Assembly (NCBI GenBank): GCA_019747095.1
Contig: JAIERG010000172.1
Location: forward strand, 1 to 55,963
From: Caulobacteraceae bacterium
GTDB taxonomy: Bacteria > Pseudomonadota > Alphaproteobacteria > Caulobacterales > Caulobacteraceae
Reading direction: 5' to 3'
DNA length: 55,963 nucleotides
Below the pieces are notes generated by a model. The model was not told the origin of the DNA and did not search any database. It was given only the letters and a program-made list of their open reading frames with translations. This document shows positions 29,247-38,328 of the stretch, one piece after another. The first letter of the stretch is position 1. Each line of letters opens with the position of its first letter. The position numbers and the translations under genes are program-made.

Positions 29247-29430
29247 CAACAACAAAGGGCCGCCGGATCGCTCCGACGGCCCACATTGTCTGACCGCTTG
29301 GCGGCCGACCGATTATCCGTCTGAAAGGATCAGACCCGGACCTCGCCAGAGGACCAGCAACCGGTCACCGCACGGGTATGGGACAATGAGATCACTGGAT
29401 CACCTCCTTTCGACTGTTGAACAGGGAGTT
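29247..29430 (-). ncRNA. Putative sRNA or small-ORF transcript, possibly Caulobacter CC2171-like
   Basis: Own terminator (stem 29257-29282 followed by TTTGTTGTTG), extended SD GAAAGGAGGTGATCCAG and a 21-codon ORF at 29330-29395. Family name is recalled from synteny and is unverified. Confidence 0.55.
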
Positions 29431-29512
29431 GAAAGTTAGGGGTGCTTCGCCCCGATCGAAAAGTCCTGATGCCGACTTCGTGATCTCGCCGCGCGTCCGG
29501 CGCCAGCTGTCA

Positions 29513-29543
29513 GAAAAGAACGCCCGGGGCGAACCCCGGGCGT
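29513..29543 (-). terminator. Rho-independent terminator of flagellin
   Basis: ACGCCCGGGG-TTCG-CCCCGGGCGT followed by TCTTTTC on the minus strand. Confidence 0.88.
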
Positions 29544-29551
29544 CCCTGTGC

Positions 29552-30382
29552 TTAGTTCCTGAACAGCGACAGGAGGATCTGCGGCGACTGGTTGGCGATG
29601 CCCAGCGCTTGAACCCCGAGCTGCTGCTTGGTCTGCAGCGACTGGAGCTTGGCGCTTTCCTTCGCCAGATCGGCGTCCACCAGATTACCCACTCCGGATT
29701 GAAGCGCGTCCGTCAGTTTCCCGACGAAGGTGCGATGGGTCTCCAGAGCCTTCGCCTTGGTGCCCAGACGCGCCAGCGCGCCCGAAACCCGGTCGATGGA
29801 GGTGTTCACCAGACCCAGCGCCGTAGTGGCGAGCGTCGAGGTGCCGATGGTCGTGGTGGCCGTCACGGTGACGTTGGTCGATCCCAGAGCCAGAATCTCC
29901 GCCTGAACCGTCAGGGTCGCGGTGCCGGCCGCATTGGCCAGGGCCGCGAAGCCCGTCGCGCCTGTCCTCAGCAGGTTGATCCCGTTGAAGTCGGCGTTGT
30001 TGGTCACAGCTGTGATCTGGTCACGGATCGCCTTGAAGTCCTCGTTCAGGGCCGACCTCGATGCCGTAGACAGCGACCGATCCGTCGCCGCCAGCGCCTT
30101 CTCCTTCAGTTGCAGCAAGAGGTCAGAGACGCTCTCGCCGGCCGCCAAGCTGACGTCGACCGCCGATATGCCGCGGTCGAGCGATGATTTGACCGCCCCC
30201 AGGGCGCCGATATCGGCCCGTTGACCCTGGGCGATGGCCCAGATGGCCCCGTTGTCCTTGGCATTGGACACCTTTTTGCCGGTGTTGATCCGGGTCTGGG
30301 TGGCCGCCAGCTCGACGTTGGTGGCGTTCAGGTTCTGAAGCGCGATCATCGCGCCAAAGTTGGTGTTGACCGAGTTGGCCAT
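29552..30382 (-). CDS. Flagellin (Flj-type)
   Basis: NSVNTN.GAMIALQNL, KDNGAIWAIAQ and NLVDADLAKESAKLQSLQTKQQL. Confidence 0.96.
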   Translation of the reverse strand: MANSVNTNFGAMIALQNLNATNVELAATQTRINTGKKVSNAKDNGAIWAIAQGQRADIGALGAVKSSLDRGISAVDVSLAAGESVSDLLLQLKEKALAATDRSLSTASRSALNEDFKAIRDQITAVTNNADFNGINLLRTGATGFAALANAAGTATLTVQAEILALGSTNVTVTATTTIGTSTLATTALGLVNTSIDRVSGALARLGTKAKALETHRTFVGKLTDALQSGVGNLVDADLAKESAKLQSLQTKQQLGVQALGIANQSPQILLSLFRN

Positions 30383-30459
30383 GAGACAGTCCTTCCATTC
30401 TGGTCGGGGGATGACGGCCTTCTGGCCGCTGAACCGGTTCTGGTCCTGCGCGCGCACAC

Positions 30460-30554
30460 GCAAGGGCCGGGCCGTTCCGATCCGATTGAAAGGATTGAGA
30501 AAGTTTCTGGAGGCAGGACGCTCGGCGAGAGTTCGCCCGGCAATTTCTCGCCGG
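30460..30554 (-). promoter_or_regulatory. Sigma54 promoter plus FlbD ftr enhancer elements of flagellin
   Basis: CGGCCCGGCCCTTGC (GG-N10-GC) at 30460-30474, AT-rich spacer, and ftr-like CTCGGCGAGAGTTCGCCCGG and CCCGGCAATTTCTCGCCGG at 30521-30554. Confidence 0.78.
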
Positions 30555-30722
30555 TGACGCTCAGCCCTTTCCTACCTCTCGGTCATCCTCGGACTTGATC
30601 CGCGGATCGACCGTGGACTCTGCGCAGGCGGGACGCGGGGGACAGGTGGCCCAACTGCCAAAGTGCCCAAGCCGCAGAAAACAGACCCTCGGCACAAGTC
30701 CCAGGATGACGGTCCATGAGGC

Positions 30723-31088
30723 CTAAGCCGCCTGCTGACCGCCCTGGGGCGCGAGGCCCTGCATGATCGCGCGGTTTATGTCGATCAACGGTTCAAAGTC
30801 TTCCTCGCCCCGCATGATGGCCGAGGAGTGCCGCCCGACGAACAGGCTCAGCGAGATGATCTGGGCCCGGACCGGATTGTTCAGCTGGTTGGAGGGATCG
30901 GCGCAATCGGTAGCAAGCACCGACCAGAGACGGCGGTTCCAGTCGAGCGCGTCGATGCGGGTCTTCACATCCGATGGATCGACCTGCGAGGCGTGGATAA
31001 GGGCGCGGGTCACCTGGCCGAAGAGACGGTACTCCATCTCGCGCGGGGTCTCGGCGCGCGTCGATGCCTGGGAATAGGCCGAAAGCAT
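30723..31088 (-). CDS. flaF: Flagellar biosynthesis regulator FlaF
   Basis: AY...[22 protein letters not shown]...RAQIISL and LIDINR.IM.GL. Confidence 0.94.
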   Translation of the reverse strand: MLSAYSQASTRAETPREMEYRLFGQVTRALIHASQVDPSDVKTRIDALDWNRRLWSVLATDCADPSNQLNNPVRAQIISLSLFVGRHSSAIMRGEEDFEPLIDINRAIMQGLAPQGGQQAA

Positions 31089-31471
31089 CAGGTCAGGCTT
31101 TCCTCGTAGTCGACAATCTTCCGGGCGCTCATCAGGGCCTTGTAGTACTCGCGCGCCATGACGTGCTTCGAACAGGCCACGCATTCGGCCATGATCGCCG
31201 GGTTGCGGGTGGCGTTCATGAACTCCGACAGGCGGGTGACGAACTCGTCGTACACCTTGGGAACGGCCGCCTCGTCCAGATACATCATCATGACCGGGAA
31301 ATAGATGCGCTTGGCGGGAGTCGTGACCTCCTCCACCTGCATGATGTCCTTTTCCCGTAGCACCGAGGCCTTGTTCTGGAGGATCAGCACGCCACGCCGA
31401 TCACCGTTCTGGACGACCGCGCCGTTCAGAACGAACTTCTCTCCGGGCTTCAAAGACAGCTTCAGCGGCAT
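31088..31471 (-). CDS. flbT: Flagellar biosynthesis repressor FlbT
   Basis: [26 protein letters not shown]; YYKAL. Confidence 0.95.
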   Translation of the reverse strand: MPLKLSLKPGEKFVLNGAVVQNGDRRGVLILQNKASVLREKDIMQVEEVTTPAKRIYFPVMMMYLDEAAVPKVYDEFVTRLSEFMNATRNPAIMAECVACSKHVMAREYYKALMSARKIVDYEESLT

Positions 31472-31619
31472 GAGCCGGGCCTCCGTTACGCTCCACCCGA
31501 CGTTTGCCTAGCCGGAGGTTGACTGAGAGACGTTAAACGCCCGTGGTTAACCATGTGCTATGACACCACACGCCAAGGTGGACTCAGGCTCAGAACCGCC
31601 AAGCCCGCTTGAGACGCCC

Positions 31620-33419
31620 ATGCCCTTCGCCGCTTCCAGTGATCCCCTGCCCTCCGAGTTGGCCCTCGGCCATATGCCGGTGCGTCAGGACGCGACCGGA
31701 GACGCCGCCTCTCCCGCCGCGATCCGGCGGCTGTCCCATGCGCTCGCCAATCCGCGGGGACCGAGCCTCAAGGCGCAAAAGAAGGCGATCGAGCAACTGA
31801 AAGCCGCCGTCGCCTCGATCCGTGTCGGAGATTACCAGGCCGCCACGAAGCGGACCCTGACCCTGCTGCAGGCCGACGAGAGAAACGGTCTGGCGTGGCA
31901 TGTGCTGGCGATCGCCCAGGAGAAGAGCGGACGTCTGTCTGAGGCCCTGAACGCCTATGACGCCGCCTTGCGCATCCTGCCCGAGGATCCGGCCATCGCC
32001 CATGATCTCGCGCGCCTGGCGCAGCGCCTTGGGCATCTGGAAATCGCGGAAAAGCTGCTGCTCAAGTTTCTGTCGGTCGAACCGGGCCATATCGAAGGCA
32101 CGAACAACCTGGCCTGTGTGCTGCGCGACCAGAAGCGCTACGACGAGGCGATCGACCGGCTGCGCGACCTGATCGCCATCGAGCCGGAAAGCCCGACGTT
32201 ATGGAACACCCTTGGCACGGTCCTGTCCGATCAGGGACGTATGGGCGAGAGCCTTCCCTTCTTTGATGAGGCCCTGAGGCTCGACGAGGGTTTCGCCAAG
32301 GCGCGCTACAATCGGGCCAACGCCTTGCAGCCGCTCGGGCAACCCGAACGGGCCCTTGCCGACCTCGACCACGCCTTGCCGGGTGCCGAGACCCCCTATG
32401 AGCGGGCCATGATGCGCATGGCGCGTTCCATGCTGCTCATGGGCATGGGGCGCTTGCGCGAAGGCTTCGCGGAATACGAAGTCCGTTTCGATCCGGAGAT
32501 GCCTGAGGCCATGAATGTGGCCGTGGACGCGCCGCGCTGGGACCCTTCAAGAGAGAACATCCGAGGCAAGCGGCTATTGGTCGTCGGAGAACAGGGCATC
32601 GCTGACGAAATGGTCTTCGGCACCTGCCTGCCCGATGTGATCGATGCCGTTGGTCCCGATGGAAAGGTCTTCATCGCGGTCGAGGAACGGCTGATCGATC
32701 TGTATCAGCGCAGCTTCCCGACAGCGGTCGTGGGAGGACATCGCGCGGTCCGCATCGAGGGCCGCCTTCATCGCTACTGCCCCTTCATGGAAGAGATTGG
32801 CGAAACCGAGGGCAAGGCCGACGCCTGGGTTCCCATGGCGGCGCTGCTCGCGGTCTACCGTGCGGACATCTCGGCCTTCCCGGACCGGGACGGATATCTC
32901 ACGCCGGATCCCGAGAAAGTGGCGCGCTGGAAACGCGAGCTGGAAGACCTCGGGCCGGGGTTCAAGGTCGGCCTGCACTGGAAGAGCCTCATCCTCACCG
33001 GCGTCCGCGCGCGATATTTTTCGAGCTTTGAGCGGTGGAAGCCGGTCCTGACGGCGCCCGGATGCGTCATGGTCAATCTGCAGTGCGGGGACGTGTCCGA
33101 GGATCTGGCGGCAGCAGAAGCGGCAGGCGTGCGTATCTGGACCCCACCGATGAACCTGAAGGATGATCTGGACGACCTGGCAGCGATTTCCTGCGCGCTG
33201 GACCTCGTGATCGGCCCAGGCATTGCCGGAACCAACATTGCGGCGGCCGCTGGCGCGCGGACCTGGTTGATCCATGCGCCAGACGACTGGCACCTGCTCG
33301 GCACCGACCGCTATCCCTTCTATCCGCGCGTGCGCACATTCGCGACCGGCGGCTTCGACGGTTGGCCGCGGGCCATCGCCGAGGTCCGCGCCGCGCTTGA
33401 GGCTGAGGTCTCGGTCTGA
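31620..33419 (+). CDS. flmG: TPR + GT-B flagellin glycosyltransferase (FlbA/FlmG)
   Basis: N-terminal TPRs; EQGIADE, VGLHWKS, NLQCG and ALDLVIG; divergent from flbT. Start at 31560 or 31620. Confidence 0.8.
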   Translation: MPFAASSDPLPSELALGHMPVRQDATGDAASPAAIRRLSHALANPRGPSLKAQKKAIEQLKAAVASIRVGDYQAATKRTLTLLQADERNGLAWHVLAIAQEKSGRLSEALNAYDAALRILPEDPAIAHDLARLAQRLGHLEIAEKLLLKFLSVEPGHIEGTNNLACVLRDQKRYDEAIDRLRDLIAIEPESPTLWNTLGTVLSDQGRMGESLPFFDEALRLDEGFAKARYNRANALQPLGQPERALADLDHALPGAETPYERAMMRMARSMLLMGMGRLREGFAEYEVRFDPEMPEAMNVAVDAPRWDPSRENIRGKRLLVVGEQGIADEMVFGTCLPDVIDAVGPDGKVFIAVEERLIDLYQRSFPTAVVGGHRAVRIEGRLHRYCPFMEEIGETEGKADAWVPMAALLAVYRADISAFPDRDGYLTPDPEKVARWKRELEDLGPGFKVGLHWKSLILTGVRARYFSSFERWKPVLTAPGCVMVNLQCGDVSEDLAAAEAAGVRIWTPPMNLKDDLDDLAAISCALDLVIGPGIAGTNIAAAAGARTWLIHAPDDWHLLGTDRYPFYPRVRTFATGGFDGWPRAIAEVRAALEAEVSV

Positions 33420-33420
33420 A

Positions 33421-33446
33421 GGAACGTCGCCGTATGTCGCCGCGTT
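33421..33446 (+). promoter_or_regulatory. SigT/EcfG general-stress promoter
   Basis: Exact GGAAC-N17-CGTT, followed by RBS GGGAGG and ATG at 33471. Confidence 0.8.
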
Positions 33447-33470
33447 GACCTCCCACACAGGGAGGCGACC

Positions 33471-33914
33471 ATGCCCGACACCGATATCGGCCTTGACGAA
33501 CAGGACCAGTCCGAAGTGTTCGACGAGGACAACTTCGACCCCGCCGACGCCGGTGCCCCGGCGAACGAATTCAGGACGTTCGAGGAACTGCCGGACGTGC
33601 TGGATGTGACATCCGCCGAGGGCGACGCCGACGAGGAGGAGTTCGACGAGGACGACCTCGATCTCGACGACGAGCTGAGCGCCGAGGGCGTCGAGCCCGA
33701 CGCCGACCCATTGTTCGGCGCGGACGCGGCGCGGATGAGCGATCAAGATCCGGGCACCGACCAGCCGGGCGAAAACGAGGTCGAGCTGGTCTACGCCGGC
33801 CTGATGGAAGACGTGAGGGGTGCCCAGGCCAGCGCCGCTCACTGGGAAGCGAAGCGCCTGTCCGACGATGACATCGAAGACCTGGGCTACGCCGACAAGG
33901 GAGACGACCAATGA
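33471..33914 (+). CDS. Highly acidic hypothetical protein
   Basis: Good RBS; D/E-rich; ATGA overlap with the next gene. Confidence 0.8.
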   Translation: MPDTDIGLDEQDQSEVFDEDNFDPADAGAPANEFRTFEELPDVLDVTSAEGDADEEEFDEDDLDLDDELSAEGVEPDADPLFGADAARMSDQDPGTDQPGENEVELVYAGLMEDVRGAQASAAHWEAKRLSDDDIEDLGYADKGDDQ

Positions 33915-34141
33915 CCCACATCGACCCGCTGAACGCGGTCGCCGACAAATCCCACGGCAAGGACGATCATGACGTTGACGGCGCGGCGTTCCACATTGCC
34001 CTGCCGCTTGGCGAGAGCAAGCACGACCACCTCGCCGAACACGAGGCCGGGGCTGAGAGCCGCCAAGAGGCCCTGATCGACGAAGGTGTGGAGGAGACCT
34101 TTCCCGCAAGCGACCCGGCGACGCCCAAGCGCATCACCTGA
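33911..34141 (+). CDS. Small hypothetical protein with IDEGVEETFPASDP motif
   Basis: RBS GGAG; coupled to the upstream gene. Confidence 0.8.
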   Translation: MTHIDPLNAVADKSHGKDDHDVDGAAFHIALPLGESKHDHLAEHEAGAESRQEALIDEGVEETFPASDPATPKRIT

Positions 34142-34217
34142 TGGCCGCGCGGCAAACTGATCGTTGTTAACCGGCCGCGTCATCGGCTAGGGCTGGCTCG
34201 AGCAACCGGAGCCATCC

Positions 34218-35090
34218 ATGACGCGGCCGACCGACCGGTTCGAGGGCACCTCGGACTATATCGCTACCCAGGATCTGAAGATCGCGGTCAACGCCGCGGT
34301 GGCCCTAGAGCGGCCTCTTCTCATCAAGGGCGAACCCGGCACGGGCAAGACGGTGCTGGCTTATGAGCTGGCCAAGGCACTGAACGCGCCCCTGATCACC
34401 TGGCACGTCAAATCGACGACCAAGGCTCACAACGGTCTCTATGAATACGATGCGGTCAGCCGACTGCGCGACAGCCAGCTGGGCGACGAGCGCGTTCACG
34501 ACGTCCGCAACTATCTCAAGCCCGGCAAGCTGTGGGAGGCCTTCACCAGTCCGGTTCGCCCCGTTCTGTTGATCGACGAGATCGACAAGGCCGACATCGA
34601 GTTCCCCAACGACCTGCTGCAGGAACTCGACCGCATGGAGTTCTTCGTCCAGGAGACAGGAGAAACGATCAAGGCGGGCGTCCGTCCCGTGGTCGTGATC
34701 ACATCGAACAACGAGAAGGAGCTGCCCGACGCCTTCCTGCGCCGCTGCTTCTTCCACTACATCCGCTTCCCCGACGACGAGACGATGAAGGCTATCGTCG
34801 AGGTCCATTTCCCCGGCATCAAGCCGCGGCTGGTCTCCGAGGCACTAAAGACCTTCTACGAGATCCGCGACACGCCAGGCCTGAAGAAGAAGCCGTCGAC
34901 GTCAGAGTTGCTGGACTGGCTTAAGCTGCTTATGGTCGACGATGTCCAGCCTGAGACGCTGCGCGAGACCCATCCGCACAAGTTGATCCCGCCCCTGCAT
35001 GGTGCCTTATTGAAGAACGAGCAGGATGTGCATCTGTTCGAGCGACTGGCGTTCCTCAATCGACGCGAAGGCGCGCGGCCCGGCGGCTAG
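34218..35090 (+). CDS. MoxR-family AAA+ ATPase
   Basis: GEPGTGKT, LLIDEIDKAD and TSNNEKELPDAFLRRC. Confidence 0.93.
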   Translation: MTRPTDRFEGTSDYIATQDLKIAVNAAVALERPLLIKGEPGTGKTVLAYELAKALNAPLITWHVKSTTKAHNGLYEYDAVSRLRDSQLGDERVHDVRNYLKPGKLWEAFTSPVRPVLLIDEIDKADIEFPNDLLQELDRMEFFVQETGETIKAGVRPVVVITSNNEKELPDAFLRRCFFHYIRFPDDETMKAIVEVHFPGIKPRLVSEALKTFYEIRDTPGLKKKPSTSELLDWLKLLMVDDVQPETLRETHPHKLIPPLHGALLKNEQDVHLFERLAFLNRREGARPGG

Positions 35091-35203
35091 AGAAACGCCG
35101 CATTCTGCACATGCGACAGACAGATATCGTCAGACGCCTTACGGCGATTTCACTGGAACAGCCGCTGCTTTTGTTCGAGATGAGGGGTGAAAGGACCGCC
35201 AGA

Positions 35204-36076
35204 ATGCGTCTGCCCGCTCTCGCCCCGATCTGTCTCGCTGCCGCTCTGACGGCCGCCTGCGACGGGGAGAACTCCGTGCGGATCTCGGCAACCGAGACAC
35301 AGGCCGAAAACCCCGGTGTGCTCAAGGTGATCGACACCCTCCAGTGCCCCGAGACGATCGGCGTCTTGACCCGCAAGGGGTCGGCCCACGATGGCGGCGA
35401 TCAATGCCTCTACACCGGGCCCCGGGGCGCCGAGGTGTCTCTGAAGCTGGTTCGATTGGACGATCAGCCGATCGAGACCATCCTCGACCGCTTCGAACAG
35501 GACCTTATGCAGTCCATGCCGCATACAGCGGCGTCACTGGCGGCTTCGCAAGAGGAAGCAGCAGCACGCGCAGCGGCGGACGCGGCCTCCGGTGAGGCCG
35601 AGGCGGCCACGGATCAGGCTCGCGACGCTGCAGCTGAGGCTGCGGGCGAAAGCGCTCGCGTGCGCGCGCCCGGTCTGGCTGTGGATGCAGAAGGTGACCG
35701 GGCCAACGTTCGGCTGCCGGGTTTGACCGTGGATGCCGAGGGCGATCAGGCGAGCGTCCGTATCGGCGGGTTCTCGATCGAAGCGGATGACTCCAGCGGG
35801 ACCGTCGATGTCTCTTCGGCCAACGAGACGGTCAGCGTCCAGGCGCGTGATGACGCCGCTGAGATTCGCACCCGCGTGCCGGGCGACGCCGTGCGAACCA
35901 CCTACATCCTGACCGACAACCGGCCGGCCGATCAGGGCTGGCGCCTGGTCGGGTTCGAGGCGCGCGGCCCCAGCGGGGGCCCGGTCGTCATCGCCGTGGT
36001 GCACGCCAAGGACCGGAACAGCGACGGCGTGTTCGACTCCGCCAAGGACCTGGTGACCCTCAACGTTGGGGAATAG
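35204..36076 (+). CDS. Hypothetical lipoprotein
   Basis: Lipobox LTAAC; beta-rich repeats VR.PGL.VDAEGD.A. Confidence 0.75.
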   Translation: MRLPALAPICLAAALTAACDGENSVRISATETQAENPGVLKVIDTLQCPETIGVLTRKGSAHDGGDQCLYTGPRGAEVSLKLVRLDDQPIETILDRFEQDLMQSMPHTAASLAASQEEAAARAAADAASGEAEAATDQARDAAAEAAGESARVRAPGLAVDAEGDRANVRLPGLTVDAEGDQASVRIGGFSIEADDSSGTVDVSSANETVSVQARDDAAEIRTRVPGDAVRTTYILTDNRPADQGWRLVGFEARGPSGGPVVIAVVHAKDRNSDGVFDSAKDLVTLNVGE

Positions 36077-36143
36077 AGGATGCTGGCTTGATCCCGGCTG
36101 CGGGATGGGTCACCTGACCGGCCGACCGACAGGACCACACGCC

Positions 36144-36809
36144 TTGGACTCCACGCCTAAACGAAAGCCTGCGCGCCGCGCCGCCTCCAAGCCTGCGCCA
36201 CGGGCCTGGCAGAGGATGTTGTCTGGCCGACGCCTCGATCTGCTCGACCCCTCCCCTTTCGACATCGAGATCGAGGATATCGCTCACGGCCTGGCGCGCG
36301 TCGCCCGCTGGAACGGCCAGACGGTTGGCGAGCACGCCTTCTCGGTGGCCCAGCATTCCTGCGTAGTGGAGGAACTGGCGGCCTATCTGCGCCCCGGGCT
36401 CGAGCCGAAGTGGCGACTGACGGCGCTGCTGCACGATGCCTCGGAGTACGTGATCGGGGACATGATCTCGCCATTCAAGGCTGCGCTGGGCGTGAGCTAC
36501 AAAGCCTTTGAGGCTCGGCTCGAAGACGCCATCCATGTGCGCTTTGGACTGCCCGCCGAGACCCCTGTCGAGATCAAAAAGCTGATCAAGGCGGCGGACA
36601 AGGCCTGCGCCTACTTTGAAGCGACCCAGCTGGCCGGTTTCAACGCCGACGAGGCGCTGGGGTTCTTCGGCCCACCCCCGGCCGGCTATCACATCCTGAT
36701 CGAGCCGCTTCCTCCGTCGGTAGCGCAGGGCCGATACGTGGAACGCTATCGCATCCTGTCCGAGGCCATGGGGGTACTTGCGGGACCCGACGCCTGGCAT
36801 ACGGAATAG
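36144..36809 (+). CDS. HD-family phosphohydrolase (YfbR-like)
   Basis: IEDIAHGL..VARWNGQ, SVAQHS, LLHDASE and KAAD. Start uncertain. Confidence 0.88.
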   Translation: MDSTPKRKPARRAASKPAPRAWQRMLSGRRLDLLDPSPFDIEIEDIAHGLARVARWNGQTVGEHAFSVAQHSCVVEELAAYLRPGLEPKWRLTALLHDASEYVIGDMISPFKAALGVSYKAFEARLEDAIHVRFGLPAETPVEIKKLIKAADKACAYFEATQLAGFNADEALGFFGPPPAGYHILIEPLPPSVAQGRYVERYRILSEAMGVLAGPDAWHTE

Positions 36810-36813
36810 ACCG

Positions 36814-37755
36814 ATGAGCTGGGGCGGAGAGCGCGGCGTCCGGATCAGCCTTTCAGCCGTCGTCATGGCGCTGCGCTCAGGCCGGCTCTGCGTCCTGACC
36901 ACACAGACCGCCGAAGGTGAGCTGGCCCTGCCGTTCGGTCCGTTCGATCCGGCCCATGACCGCACGTTCGAGCTCGCGCTGCGTGCATTCGTCACCGCCC
37001 AGACAGGCTTCAAGCTGGGCTTTGTTGAGCAGCTCTACACATTTGGCGATGCCGGTCGCGACGCCCCGCGGGCGACGCAGGGTCCCGACGAAAGACGCGA
37101 GATTTCGGTCGGCTACCTGGCCCTGACCTCCGATGCGGTCGACATGATCCCGCCAGAGGCCCGCTGGACCGCGGTGCTGGACCTGTTTCCCTGGGAGGAC
37201 CGGCGCGGCGGCGGTCAGCCGGCTCAAGACGCCATCAGGGCCGGACTGATGCAATGGGCCGCTGGTGACGCCCGAAGGCTCACGCGGATCGAGGCCCTTT
37301 TCGCAACCGGCCCGTCACAGCGCTGGGACGAGGCTCGCGTTCTTGAGCGGTTCGAGCTGCTCTACGAAGCCGGCCTGGTGGCAGAAGCGGCGCGGGACCG
37401 CGAAGATGCCTGTCCCCTGCCGCTTGGCGACCGGTCCATGGCCTCCGACCACCGCCGCATCCTGGCGACCGGCCTGGGTCGTCTGCGCAGCAAGCTGCGC
37501 TACCGGCCAGTCCTGTTCGAGCTGATGCCGGAGACCTTCACCCTGTCCGAACTGCAGGCGGCGGCGGAAGCCGTCGTGGCCCTCAGCCTGCACAAACAGA
37601 ACTTCCGCCGGGGCGTGGAACGCACAGGCCTTGTGGCCGCGACCGGTCGCCTGTCGACAGGAACGGGCGGACGGCCGGCCGAACTCTTCCGCTACACGGG
37701 GGTCTCCAATACAGACGGTCAGGCCGCCGGCCTCGCCCTCCCCGCCCTTCGCTGA
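36814..37755 (+). CDS. NUDIX-wHTH regulator (NrtR-like)
   Basis: EQLYTFGD, DHRRIL, FTLSELQ, NFRR and GGRPAELF. Confidence 0.85.
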   Translation: MSWGGERGVRISLSAVVMALRSGRLCVLTTQTAEGELALPFGPFDPAHDRTFELALRAFVTAQTGFKLGFVEQLYTFGDAGRDAPRATQGPDERREISVGYLALTSDAVDMIPPEARWTAVLDLFPWEDRRGGGQPAQDAIRAGLMQWAAGDARRLTRIEALFATGPSQRWDEARVLERFELLYEAGLVAEAARDREDACPLPLGDRSMASDHRRILATGLGRLRSKLRYRPVLFELMPETFTLSELQAAAEAVVALSLHKQNFRRGVERTGLVAATGRLSTGTGGRPAELFRYTGVSNTDGQAAGLALPALR

Positions 37756-37848
37756 TGACCCGATCGACCCGAGCAACTTCCAGCTTGCGGTGACCACGCC
37801 GCGCGATTAGACAAGCGCCTCGCTTTCAACCAAGCGCTTGGTCCCCGC

Positions 37849-37938
<90 letters not shown>

Positions 37939-38124
37939 CCGTTCTGACCTGAAGCCGACGGGTCCCTGACACCAGCGAAATACCCTCGACATTACCGTGA
38001 CATGCCCGGAACCGGAGACGCATTCGCGGTCTCTGCGGTCGCTCTTCCGTCCCTGATCCAGCCAATATGCCGACTTCGTCTCTGCTGAGCGCGAGACGGG
38101 TCCCTTTCCCGTGACCGGCCGCGA

Positions 38125-38303
38125 TCCCTGATAACAGGGAAGTACTGGGAAAACTTCCACCGGCGAACGATTTCGGCATGACGCCGCGCTCCGCAAACCC
38201 CCGCCCCTGCTGGGTTCAGCGGTCCTGGCGCGTTGGATTTCCCGTAAACTGAACAGGGAATATTCCCCGAGCTTGCAGGGAATATTCTTGGGCGATCAGG
38301 GAA
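38125..38303. repeat. CAGGGAA repeat array between tRNA-Ser and the recombinase
   Basis: Palindrome TCCCTG-ATAA-CAGGGA at 38125-38140; direct copies at 38254, 38276 and 38297. Confidence 0.75.
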
Positions 38304-38328
38304 CGGGTCGCCTGGAGCAGGCGACCCT

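Noticed and set aside
29395-29411. 16S rRNA gene fragment
   Set aside because: Only the 17-nt tail matches and the flanks are not rRNA-like; better read as an extended SD on the minus strand.
31533-31553. Full CtrA box between flbT and flmG (also 6199-6215)
   Set aside because: TTAA half-sites are spaced 10 and 9 bp rather than 7; half-site binding is possible but unsupported.
34218-35090. MoxR-vWA defence or chaperone system
   Set aside because: No vWA partner adjacent; looks like an ordinary core MoxR gene.
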